Assembly: GCF_001194135.2 (NCBI RefSeq)
Contig: NC_069002.1
Location: 18,216,536 to 18,252,346, forward strand
Reading direction: 5' to 3'
DNA length: 35,811 bases
Source of the DNA: Octopus bimaculoides
Lineage: Eukaryota
Below, one piece after another: positions 1 to 11,404 of the stretch. Numbering within the stretch: the stretch's first letter is position 1; each line of letters begins with the position of its first letter. Position numbers and translations under genes: made by a program. The notes below the pieces were generated by a model, which had not been told where the DNA came from, searched no databases, and saw only the letters and a list, made by a program, of their open reading frames with translations.

Positions 1-632
1 TCGTGTTCCACATTTTTTTTCAAACAACGTTTCTATTGTTACAATTAATTATATTTACCTTTATATTTTTCATACTAGTATTACTAAAAACAAGACAGAA
101 ATGTTTTAGCTAAATACAAAGAAATTTTAAAATTTAAAATATTAACTTAAATTTAAAATAACTGAATTAGCGATGAAGCCTAGAAATGCTCGCCAGTGAC
201 TAAAAGCTGACTGCCGTGGGTGAATGATATATATTTATAAATAAACTTTGAAATGTCTGGTGAGCTGGTATTTTTCAGAAAATAAGGGAAATCTCGAACA
301 CAGAAAAGCAGTGAAAATAGCTTAGATGTTCGGTTAAATACCATTAGAAAACAGAAAGAAAGTGAGAATCAAATTCCACATTTCTCTTAAACACCGAGTA
401 TGCACTCTTGACCATTAATCTCAGCGGCGCATGATATCAGTTGCTATCTTTTATAACGCTAAATATCTTAAAAGGACAAAAATATAGTAATTTGTTAAAA
501 TGATCACCATTTTTTCGGCCCTTTAACTCACACCCTAGTTTTGACGAGAGGGTCTGGCAGTTAGCTTGAAATAAAACTAAAACTAGCACTAATGCCACGG
601 TTTAAAGAGTAAACCACATAACTCACTTATTA

Positions 633-934
633 CATTCATAGCTTGGGGTCGATAAATTAAGTACCAGTTACACACTGGGTCGATGTAATCGACTTCATCC
701 CTTTGTCTGTCCTTTTTGTCCTCTCTATGTTTAGCCCCCTGTGGGAAATTAAGAAATAGGAAACATTTCGTCTGCCTTTATGTTCTGAGTTCAAATTCCG
801 CCGAGGTCGACTTTGCCTTTCATCCTTTTGGGGTCGATAAATTAAGTACCAGTTGTGTACTGGGATTGATCTAATCAACTGCTCCCCACCCTACAAACAA
901 ATTTCGAACCTTGTGCCTAGAGTAGAAAAGAATA
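633..934 (+). mobile_element. Two adjacent partial copies of tRNA-derived SINE family A
   Basis: Both carry GGGGTCGATAAATTAAGTACCAGTT. The second also has the B-box-like TGAGTTCAAATTCCGCCGAGGTCGACTTTGCCTTTCATCC, nearly identical to the full copy at 7478. Confidence 0.85.
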
Positions 935-1135
935 TTTGTTGCTCAATAGCTGATAATTCCGCTGAGATCACCAATAGTATTTCTAAATTTAACAATTATA
1001 ACACAGATAACCCTTTCAAATACAATATTTAAATATAGTCAATAAGAATATATTAAAAGTATAATTTCTCTGTACTTAAGAGGATGTTTAAGTCTTATAA
1101 TGTCAAAATACAGTTTATAAAATTGAAATACTTGT

Positions 1136-1271
1136 TCAAATTTTGGCACAAGGCCAGCAATTTCAAGGAACAGCTTAGTCAATGAAATTGAGCCCCAGTG
1201 CTCAACTGCTACTTGTTTTATTGATCTCGTAATGACGAAAGGCAATATCATCCTCAGCGGCATTTGAACTC
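1136..1271 (-). mobile_element. Diverged partial SINE family A copy
   Basis: Reverse complement reads TGAGTTCAAATGCCGCTGAGG...TTGCCTTTC...GATCAATAAAACAAGTAGCAGTTGAGCACTGGGG, homologous to 7478-7698. Confidence 0.7.
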
Positions 1272-2508
1272 ACCGTCTTATAAAGTGGAGATATCAAAAT
1301 ATTGAAATTATTTCTATAAAATTATTTTTATAAAAAAAAAAAAATGGGGCAATTATATTTTTTGAAATATATTAAAATTATTAAGTTAATTCTTATCCAG
1401 TAACCCTATGACCAAAGCCGCTGTAGCTATGACCCTCCCAAAAGTCGTCATTATCTAACATGTTCAGTTCACGCAGTAGTTTAAAAACTCCTATGTTGGT
1501 TCGTAATAGAGTTTATAATAATTCCAAACAATGTGATATAATTCTCAGAAGGCATCAATCTAATAAATAATATTCAAGATGATGAAAAAACATTTTAATG
1601 CATTCTACTTTAACATATTAACATAGAAGAAAGATGTGGTGAGAGAAAAATATATATTGTCGTGAAATTGTTTGATATTTAAACAATTCTTCTTGTTTAA
1701 AAATATAAAATAAATTATCATTTATATTGATAATCGCTTTTAAAATTTTAGTTGAGTGAATGGAGATCAATTACTATAGTCGTTAGAATGTTGGCCAAAA
1801 TAACTGTAATCTGGGTTCGACTCCAGATGAATTCAACTTTTCTTTGTATCTATACAATAGGTAAAATACCAGTCTGAGGTGGTGGTCGTATGGAAGCATT
1901 AGGCTTTGGGCAAGAATCCTTGCAGTATTTATTCTGGTTCTTTATGATCTGAGTTCAAATCCCACTGTGGCTTTCCTAAGTGGTAGACTTAGTCTACCAT
2001 CTATTTTAACCCCGTCAACTGGTCCTCGGACTCCTTCTGACAGAGGATTTCTCAGTTGTATGCAATGATGTCAGGCCTCCCTTTTCAAAGACACCTTACT
2101 CCTTCCCGCTAAATATCGGAGACCCAGAAACACTAATGGGTCTTTTTCCCTAAGCTTATAAGTGAATGAACCAATTAATTTAGCAACCATAAAAAATGAT
2201 TTACAAATTTTAAATTCAATTAGAAATCCCCTGAAAACTACCTAAAATACTGTATCATTAGATGAATATTTTTATCCCTTCAATTTCCATCAAATATTTT
2301 TGACATAGTTATAACTAAACTATACTTCATATTATATTCTGTTAATGTAAATGAAATTTTTACTTGTAATGTAGCACTGTAATATGTCTTAAGTGATTAT
2401 TGACTATAGAATACTGCCTAGAACTAAAAGAAATTTCACTATAAAAGTATATTTATTTTTGAAATAGTCCTAATGAATGTTAAATGATGTAAATGTGTTA
2501 GTAAATTA

Positions 2509-4170
2509 TTGGGTTGGTGCATAATTATTGTGGCTTCTTTTTTTTCCAACAAATTTTATTGAACAAAAACAATAACAAATGCATGGAAGGTGCTTGTAAA
2601 GACCTGAATATGACATACATAGGTGAAACATCTAGGAGCATTGCGGAACGACTAAACGAACATATGAGACAATATGACGACAAAAAAACAGTCCTCCATA
2701 CTCTACCAACATGCCAAAGACCAGCATGGAGGCGACTTAGGTCAACTTGACATCCGCATCTTATCCAAGCACCCAAAAGACCCAATTCTAAAACAAATAC
2801 GGGAGTACATCCTTATATATGAAACTTCCCCAATACTAAATAGGAAATATACATAGATATCATACCCCCATACTCACATTTTACACAGGTAAAGTAGAAC
2901 AGTTGATGGGCTTTTATGCAGATAGATGTATGTATGTCTGTGAGTGCGGGTGTATGTGTGTGTGTGTGTGTGTGCATGCACATGTATGTATATGTAAACC
3001 AACAGGTCTACATACAGACGGGTAGGTACATAGGGTATATGAACAGACAACCACATACGCAAATAGAGACTGAAACACATGACCACATATACACACACAC
3101 TTGTCCACACATATGAATATGTGCACCCATACATACAAACATGGTACATAGCAGCAAAACACACACACACACACTCAGACATGCACACACAAGGAGACAG
3201 AGGTACATACATACATGCAAACACACACATACATACATATATACATACACATACATATATACATATGCACACACAGAAACATACATACACACACATGCAC
3301 ACATACATGCATGCATACATACACACACACTGAGACACACACATGCGCAAAAACAAACAAAAGCAAAAACAGAACGCAGCGTAAATAACGGACAGAGTCA
3401 AGACTCTTGAAAAGCTTGCAAGACGCAACGAAAATTTTAGGAAAATAAAAATAAGAAATAAGTGGAAATTTTAACGGTGTGTGTGTGTTAAATTTTAAGG
3501 CACGAATAGAAAATGACTCTCCCCAGACACAACAGAACAATAACAACATTTAACAAGAACATCTTTAAATGGTGGTCTGAGCGTCTGCTAAGAAAATGGG
3601 AAGCAGTAATTGAAGTAGATGGTGAATATGCTCCGGAATAATCATTTAAAGATGTTTTTGTTAAGTATTGTTATTGTTTTTGTTGAATAAAATTTGTTGA
3701 AAAAAAGCCGCAATAATTATGCACCAACCCAATAATTANNNNNNNNNNNNNNNNNNNNNNNNNNNNNNNNNNNNNNNNNNNNNNNNNNNNNNNNNNNNNN
3801 NNNNNNNNNNNNNNNNNNNNNNNNNNNNNNNNNNNNNNNNNNNNNNNNNNNNNNNNNNNNNNNNNNNNNNNNNNNNNNNNNNNNNNNNNNNNNNNNNNNN
3901 NNNNNNNNNNNNNNNNNNNNNNNNNNNNNNNNNNNNNNNNNNNNNNNNNNNNNNNNNNNNNNNNNNNNNNNNNNNNNNNNNNNNNNNNNNNNNNNNNNNN
4001 NNNNNNNNNNNNNNNNNNNNNNNNNNTAAGAAAATGGGAAGCAGTAATTGAAGTAGATGGTGAATATGCTCCGGAATAATCATTTAAAGATGTTTTTGTT
4101 AAGTATTGTTATTGTTTTTGTTGAATAAAATTTGTTGAAAAAAAGCCGCAATAATTATGCACCAACCCAA
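2509..4170 (+). mobile_element. Mariner-derived MITE with long TIRs, interrupted by a Penelope fragment; right end duplicated across an N gap
   Basis: TA-TTGGGTTGGTGCATAATTATTG at 2507 is inverted with CAATAATTATGCACCAACCCAA-TA ending at 3734 and at 4172. The core 3577-3641 encodes a mariner C-terminus (ERLLRKWEAVIEVDGEYAPE*). Confidence 0.85.
2581..3530 (+). mobile_element. 5'-truncated Penelope-like element: GIY-YIG endonuclease remnant plus CA-rich 3' tail
   Basis: ORFs 2514-2750 and 2674-2856 join across a frameshift to give YIGETSRSIAERLNEH...ILYQHAKDQH...IREYILI...PILNRK, typical of PLE GIY-YIG domains. The tail is homologous to 34345-34460. Confidence 0.85.
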
Positions 4171-4176
4171 TAATTA
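4027..4176. other. Gap-flanking exact duplication (probable assembly artefact)
   Basis: Identical 150-nt copy of 3589-3738 on the other side of N gap 3739-4026. A similar case occurs at 12838-12865 and 12876-12906. Confidence 0.75.
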
Positions 4177-4339
4177 AAATAACAACCACAATAATATTTA
4201 CCAACGTCCATTTCAGCCCGAGGTTTTTCTGTCTAAAAATGTATTTTAAGTTCAGCTTCTTCAAGCGGCGGAGAGATTGTGGATCTTGCAACTCTCGCTA
4301 CGATATCATAAACTCCAGGATGAAGGTTATACATGTATG

Positions 4340-5340
4340 GGTGTTACCTGGTCAGGTGTGTTTCTGTTTGTTCAAAAGTGTGTATGTGTATGTATGTATC
4401 TAAATGTTGTAGTGTATACATATATGTGTGTGTGTGTGAATGTGTGTATATGTATGTCTGAATGTTGTGCATGTGTGTATATATGCTTGCATGTTGTGGT
4501 ATGTTGTAGTGTATGTTTGATTAAAAGTATATGTATGAATATATGTGTATATTGCAGTGGTTGTTTATTTCTGTGTGTGTGTGTTAAAACATGTACAGAC
4601 GCCACCTTTCTCAAATTACTCTAGACTGAATAATACCTCTCTCCGCATCTCTTATTCTCTTCTATATTCTCTCACTTACCCTCTCTCTCTCTCTCACTCT
4701 GTTTACGTCATCTCCAACGTTACCACCACCACCATTAGTGTATTAGTGTGTGTGTGTTACTGTAGATAATATCAAATTTGTCCTTACATTTTCAAATCAA
4801 ACCGTCTTACGTTTTTAAAGAAATGTATTCAATTTCAACCGACATTCTTCATTGAAGAAAATAAAACCTGGGAAAAACCAGTGTATATATAATCCCTGAA
4901 CGAATGTGTGTGTGTGTATAAATGTACAAATAATTATATGTATATTAGTATACATTTATGTAGAGAGATATGTAGATAGTTTGGTAGGTAGCTCGGTGTG
5001 TGTATGTGTGTATGTGTATATATATATTTATGTATATGTGTGGATATATTTACGAGTATATATATGTGTACGTTGGTATGTATTCATGTGTGCTTGGATG
5101 TATGTATATGTATGCGTGCATACATATATGCATCTAGGCATGTATGCATGCACATATGAGTATGTGCATACATGCATTTGCTTCTACATACGTAGGTATA
5201 TGTATGTATGCACATAATAATAGTAATTTTATGTATCAATATTTATATATATACATATATGTATATTTAGATACATACGCTCAAATATATACATTTGTAT
5301 ATGTTTGCATGCATGAACACAGATACAAGCACTGTTATTC

Positions 5341-5386
<46 letters not shown>
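4340..5386. repeat. Degenerate (TG)n/(TA)n/(TATG)n microsatellite tracts
   Basis: Low-complexity runs visible directly; they produce spurious C/V/Y/M-rich ORFs. Confidence 0.9.
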
Positions 5387-5396
5387 NNNNNNNNNN

Positions 5397-6085
5397 AGAT
5401 ACTTTCACTTTAATGGTGTATATATATGTATATATATATGTGTTAACTTCTTGCATAGTTCGAGCCCACAGCAACATAATATCTCCTCCACTATTTCAGT
5501 AATACGTGTCAAAAGTGAAACAATAACATCACTCTACTGTAATGTCAGATACTTTCACTTTAACACTGAAACTATTCCACTATTTCAGTATTACCTGTCA
5601 AAAGTGAAACAGTAACATGTCGCTACTGTAATTTCAAATACTTTCACTTTAATACTTTCAATTTCATATTGAAACTATTAAAGTGAGATTATACTCTCAC
5701 ATATATACAAGCATACTATAAGACCCAAGTTAAAAACATTCCCAACAATTCAACTTCTCTGGTTGACATTAACACCCCCACCCCCAATAAGGGCCTTCAT
5801 TCCTACATTTTAGAGCTCCATGAGCTCCATTTTTCAGGAGCAAAATCCTTTTTACAAGTTCCAGAAGACTGAAATTTTGGAATATACGCATAAAGATCAA
5901 TAGTATGGGATACATGTCTCATGATTAGAATTTTTTTAGGGTGTGTAAAGAGGGAATGAACCCTCATGTGCAATTTTCATGAAATTCGAATCATATGTAT
6001 TCCAGTTTCTTACAGAAAATATAACAAAAAATTCTCATTCTTCTAGTGCATGTAACACGGGCAACACCGGGTATCTCTGCTAGTA
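5397..6085 (-). mobile_element. Non-autonomous Helitron-like element (tentative class), copy 1
   Basis: Minus-strand start TACTAGCAGAGATACCCGGTGTTGCCCG resembles non-autonomous Helitron 5' ends. It has an internal 89-bp tandem (starts 5488 and 5577) and ends in (TA)n. A highly similar inverted copy lies at 8229. Confidence 0.55.
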
Positions 6086-7212
6086 CTTTATATAAACATG
6101 CTTTACGTATCCTATAAGTTAAAACAGCAGGTATCATTAACATGAAAATGTGATCCGATAGAGGTAATCGGAATTCAGATTCATAATAAGCATCAAAAAT
6201 TAACTAAGAAAAGTCAATCAGCAACTCTGATGATTAAAAAAGCTTCATTTTGTTGACCAGTGTAATTAAACCGGAGAAAAAATTAAGTAAAATGTTTTGT
6301 AGATATTTTCATAGTCTTTCAATAGCAAACTTTTCCATAGTCTTCAGGCAGTCTCTCTCTCTCATTCTATTTCTTATACATATCAACTCATGTGTTATTT
6401 GTCTATCTTCTATATATATATATATATNNNNNNNNNNNNNNNNNNNNNNNNNNNNNNNNNNNNNNNNNNNNNNNNNNNNNNNNNNNNNNNNNNNNNNNNN
6501 NNNNNNNNNNNNNNNNNNNNNNNNNNNNNNNNNNNNNNNNNNNNNNNNNNNNNNNNNNNNNNNNNNNNNNNNNNNNNNNNNNNNNNNNNNNNNNNNNNNN
6601 NNNNNNNNNNNNNNNNNNNNNNNNNNNNNNNNNNNNNNNNNNNNNNNNNNNNNNNNNNNNNNNNNNNNNNNNNNNNNNNNNNNNNNNNNNNNNNNNNNNN
6701 NNNNNNNNNNNNNNNNNNNNNNNNNNNNNNNNNNNNNNNNNNNNNNNNNNNNNNNNNNNNNNNNNNNNNNNNNNNNNNNNNNNNNNNNNNNNNNNNNNNN
6801 NNNNNNNNNNNNNNNNNNNNNNNNNNNNNNNNNNNNNNNNNNNNNNNNNNNNNNNNNNNNNNNNNNNNNNNNNNNNNNNNNNNNNNNNNNNNNNNNNNNN
6901 NNNNNNNNNNNNNNNNNNNNNNNNNNNNNNNNNNNNNNNNNNNNNNNNNNNNNNNNNNNNNNNNNNNNNNNNNNNNNATATATATATATATAATAACATG
7001 AATAATATATAATTATATGCATATATCCATATATATATGTACATACCGACATCTATATGTATACATACAAGCATATATGGGTACAGGACATCACAAAAAA
7101 CGTTAAACACAATGAGAAACGAAAACATAAAGACGAAGACAGAAAACTAACTTTATTTTCAAACAACAAGAAAAGCAAACAGAGAAACAAGACAAGCAAC
7201 ATAAAGAATATT

Positions 7213-7274
7213 ACCCTTCTTCAGTTGTCCCTTCTCTATCTTCTCCGCGTTTCGAAGGCAAGGACAATACGCGA
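7213..7274 (-). ncRNA. Candidate hammerhead ribozyme with rearranged (non-circularly permuted) strand order
   Basis: Minus strand reads U CGCG UA UUGUCCUU GCCUUC GAAA CGCG GAGAAGAUAGAG AAGGGACAA CUGAAGA AGGGU. The core motifs CUGANGA, GAAA and GUA are all present, with complementary stems I and III; stem II is imperfect. Confidence 0.45.
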
Positions 7275-7477
7275 CTTCGTTGGAGCAGCCTTCCCACAAG
7301 CAACAAATTAATTAAAATTTGGAAATTTTGGCGGAGGGTGAAAGTGTAAACAAGAACAGGACAGTGAGAACAAGACAGTAAAAACAAGACAGAACAGTGA
7401 GAACAAACGGTAAGGGCTGTTAGGCCAAGACGATAGAAAAAATTATTTTGAACGCTAATTAGAAAGTGAAAAAATTA

Positions 7478-7698
7478 GGCGGCGAGCTGGCAGAAACGTT
7501 AACACGCCGGACGAAATGCTTTGTAGTATTTCGTCCGCAGCTGCGTTCTGAGTTCAAATTCCGCCGAGGTCGACTTTGCCTTTCATCCTTTCGGGGTTCG
7601 ATAAATAAAGTACCAGTTACGCACTGGGGTCGATGTAATAGACTTAATCCGTTTGTCAGTCCTTGTTTGTCCCCTCTATGTTTATCCCTTTGTGGGTC
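7478..7698 (+). mobile_element. Near full-length tRNA-derived SINE family A
   Basis: GGCGGCGAGCTGGCAGAAACGTT head, B-box-like GAGTTCAAATTCC and central CTTTGCCTTTCATCCTTTCGGGGT-CGATAAA..AAGTACCAG domain; several related copies in the window. Confidence 0.9.
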
Positions 7699-8228
7699 AA
7701 GGCGGAGGAGGAGTGAGAGAGGGAACGGTGAAAGGAAGAGAAGAATCGAGGAGGGTTGGGAGAGAAAAACAGAAAGGATGATGAACAAGAGACGGAGAGA
7801 GATATGGACAGGGAAGTGACAGCAATTGTAGTAGAGTGCGCAGTAGAAAATATTAAGATAAAACTTACTTGGAGGCAATGCGTGGCGTTCGATCATATAA
7901 TAACATAAATAATATATAATTATATGCATATATCCATACATATATGTACATACCGACATCTATATGTGTACATACAAGCATATATGGGTACAGGACATCA
8001 CAAAAAACGTTAAACACAATGAGAAACGAAAACATAAAGACGAGGACAGAAAACGAACTTGTTTTCTAACAACNNNNNNNNNNNNNNNNNNNNNNNNNNN
8101 NNNNNNNNNNNNNNNNNNNNNNNNNNNNNNNNNNNNNNNNNNNNNNNNNNNNNNNNNNNNNNNNNNNNNNNNNNNNNNNNNNNNNNNNNNNNNNNNNNNN
8201 NNNNNNNNNNNNNNNNNNNNNNNNNNNN

Positions 8229-9025
8229 AGAGATACCCGGCGTTGCTCGTGTTACATGCAGTTGAAGAATGAGAATTGTGTGTTATATTTTCTGTAAGGA
8301 ACTGGAATACATATGATTCGAATTTCATGAAATTTGCACATGAGGGTTCTTTCCCTCTTTACACACCCTAAAAAATTCTAATCATGAGACATGTATCCCA
8401 TATTATTGATCTTTATGCGCATATTCCAAAATTTCAGTCTTCTGGAACCTGTAAAAAGGATTTTGCTTCTGAAAAATGGAGCTCATGGAGCTCTAAAATG
8501 TAAGAATGAAGGCCCTTATTGGGGGTGGGTGTGTTAATGTCAATCAGAGAAGTTGAATTGTTGGGAATGTTTTTACTTGGGTCTTATAGTATGCCTGTAT
8601 ATATGTGAGAGTATAATCTCACTTTAATAGTTTCAGTATGAACTTGAAACTATTAAAGTGAAAGTATTTGAAATTACAGTAGTGACATGTTACTGTTTCA
8701 CTTTTGACAGGTAATACTGAAATAGTGGAATAGTTTCAGTGTTAAAGTGAAAGTATCTGACATTACAGTAGAGTGATGTTATTGTTTCACTTTTGACACG
8801 TAATACTGAAATAGTGGAGAAGATATGATATTACTGTGGGCTCGAACTATGCAAGAAGTTAAAAAATTTTTTGGACTAAGACACTACATAGACCATAAAA
8901 GGATTTTGCTCCTGAAAAATGGAGCTCATGGAGCTGAAAAATGTGGGAGTTAAGGCCCCTATTGGGGGTGGGTGTATTAATGTCAACCAGAGAAGTTGAA
9001 TTGTTGGGAATCTTTTTAACTTGTG
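8229..9025 (+). mobile_element. Helitron-like element copy 2 (8229-8862) followed by a partial internal re-duplication (about 8895-9025)
   Basis: Reverse complement of about 5445-6078 throughout; 8895-9025 repeats about 8455-8580. Confidence 0.6.
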
Positions 9026-10555
9026 TGTAATATGTATTGTCTGAATTGCTTTGAAATAGGAAATATATGTATGTTCATTGGGTTTGTAAAAGAGAGCAAA
9101 GCTACAGGAAAGCAAAGGACGAATGATCATGATAATCAGTCAGCTACCCTAGCCTAGTTGTTACTACTCCCCAATGTAGGATTCCTCACTATAAAGGTGA
9201 CAGGCACAGCTGTAAGATGCATGACGGATCTATAGCAATTGGAAGGGCATGACCAAATTGAAATAACAACGCGTGACGCTTGGAGTAAAGGGAAATGAAA
9301 GTGTCCCTCTGGAGTTTGCAAATGACCACTATACCGATAGGTAACTGTGCAGAAAAAATTTATAATCGATAACTGTCTTAGAACAACCAGTCACTCATCT
9401 GGGAAGGCCTTGAAATCAATGTTGTCAACTGGGGACTATGTGTGTCGCAGTGATAATAAAAAGACTCAAAGGAGGTCTGCAACGAAATAATTTTACTCAA
9501 CACTTTGCAAGTGAATCAGTGGAGGCAAAGATGCGTCTCATTTACTTGACAATTTATGCACCGCATTGCAGAAATCACAATGTAAGTATATCTGAAAGGG
9601 TAGTCTTACACTGTTGTACCGTTGAATTACAAATAATGCTCATCTGTTATGTNNNNNNNNNNNNNNNNNNNNNNNNNNNNNNNNNNNNNNNNNNNNNNNN
9701 NNNNNNNNNNNNNNNNNNNNNNNNNNNNNNNNNNNNNNNNNNNNNNNNNNNNNNNNNNNNNNNNNNNNNNNNNNNNNNNNNNNNNNNNNNNNNNNNNNNN
9801 NNNNNNNNNNNNNNNNNNNNNNNNNNNNNNNNNNNNNNNNNNNNNNNNNNNNNNNNNNNNNNNNNNNNNNNNNNNNNNNNNNNNNNNNNNNNNNNNNNNN
9901 NNNNNNNNNNNNNNNNNNNNNNNNNNNNNNNNNNNNNNNNNNNNNNNNNNNNNNNNNNNNNNNNNNNNNNNNNNNNNNNNNNNNNNNNNNNNNNNNNNNN
10001 NNNNNNNNNNNNNNNNNNNNNNNNNNNNNNNNNNNNNNNNNNNNNNNNNNNNNNNNNNNNNNNNNNNNNNNNNNNNNNNNNNNNNNNNNNNNNNNNNNNN
10101 NNNNNNNNNNNNNNNNNNNNNNNNNNNNNNNNNNNNNNNNNNNNNNNNNNNNNNNNNNNNNNNNNNNNNNNNNNNNNNNNNNNNNNNNNNNNNNNNNNNN
10201 NNNNNNNNNNNNNNNNNNNNNNNNNNNNNNNNNNNNNNNNNNNNNNNNNNNNNNNNNNNNNNNNNNNNNNNNNNNNNNNNNNNNNNNNNNNNNNNNNNNN
10301 NNNNNNNNNNNNNNNNNNNNNNNNNNNNNNNNNNNNNNNNNNNNNNNNNNNNNNNNNNNNNNNNNNNNNNNNNNNNNNNNNNNNNNNNNNNNNNNNNNNN
10401 NNNNNNNNNNNNNNNNNNNNNNNNNNNNNNNNNNNNNNNNNNNNNNNNNNNNNNNNNNNNNNNNNNNNNNNNNNCATACACAGACAGACAGGGAGACAGA
10501 CAGACAGACACACATTCTCATTTTTATATATATAAATGATTTCACAGTGGTTGAA

Positions 10556-10817
10556 AATATTAAGTTGCAATAATATACTATTCCTGTTTATCTCATCTAA
10601 TTCTCTTTCTCAGGTTTTGAGGCATTGTGTAGGCTATGGACACTGCCTTACTTTCTTTGACTAATTAATTAGCATGCTTTATGCATAAATACTTTATATG
10701 CATATATATGTGCATTAGTCTATGATTGTTATATGCGCATACTGCATGCACATATATATGTTTATATATATATATGTATATTATATATATGTGTGTTTGT
10801 GCATGTGTGTTTGTATA
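10556..10817. repeat. Left arm of an inverted repeat of about 260 bp (partner 17528-17796)
   Basis: CAGTGGTTGAAAATATTAAGTTGCAATAATATACTATTCC... is the reverse complement of 17528-17796 with about 5 substitutions and one small indel by eye. Confidence 0.9.
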
Positions 10818-11404
10818 TGTTATTTGTGTGTGTGTGTGTGTGTGCGTGTGCGTGTGCGTGTATTCGTACATATATACAAACATGCATAAAAACAACACAA
10901 CAGTCCCTAAAAGCATACTTAAATACAATATATCTCAAAATAACGAGGGGGATATCTGAGTGGATTTTGACATCAAATTACCAATTGAACCCCGATGGAT
11001 CCAGATACACTCCAACGCTGGCCATTTTGCTGGTTTACTGTCTGTTCAATGTCAAATTTTTTTTCATCAGCGAACACTAGTCAGGGCAGCATGCCTTCAA
11101 CGATCTCATGAATGCTAAGACGATTCCTTTCCAGTCTCCTTGTAGAGTTGTATGATTGTACTTCAGTTTATAGCCATTATCTAATCTATAAATCTGAATT
11201 TATTTAGTCTGAAGCAAACAACTGGAATTAATTCCATCCTTTTCAGCTGATATAGGCATGGAATTTGGCTGAAAGAAATGTTCATATTTGGTCATAGAAC
11301 AAGGAAAGTCGTTACCCCAAATCCAAAACTTGTGCATTAATTCTCTCCCTCACTCCCTCTCTCTTCCCTTCTCTCTCCCCTTCTATTTCCCCTTCTCCCT
11401 CCAC

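Larger units (their letters stand above)
6991..8073. repeat. Repeat-unique-repeat structure with about 160-bp direct repeats (pLTR-like, possibly Penelope-related)
   Basis: 6991-7146 nearly matches 7899-8053 (GGTACAGGACATCACAAAAAACGTTAAACACAATGAGAAACG...). The interval holds a hammerhead-like motif and an inserted SINE. Confidence 0.6.

Noticed and set aside
520-609. Tiny inverted repeat (CTTTAA...CTAGTTTT / AAAACTAG...TTAAAG)
   Set aside because: Too short and degenerate to call a MITE without other copies.
2874-3428. Cys/Val/Tyr/His-rich ORFs here and at 4277-5477, 10665-11080, 12074-12728 and 16240-16587
   Set aside because: These are translations of (TG)n, (TATG)n and (CA)n microsatellites, not proteins.
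4195-4260. Minus-strand TTGAAGAAGC...GCTGAAAT as another hammerhead
   Set aside because: The core is mutated and there is no credible stem I or stem III pairing.
9515-9590. Strong donor-like GTAAGT at 9582 as a possible upstream exon end
   Set aside because: No convincing acceptor, and no ankyrin or MIB-like peptide in any frame.
6250-10570. Long ORFs of 200-365 aa (also at 3719-4083, 19468-20230 and 34367-34750)
   Set aside because: They are open only because they run through N gaps.
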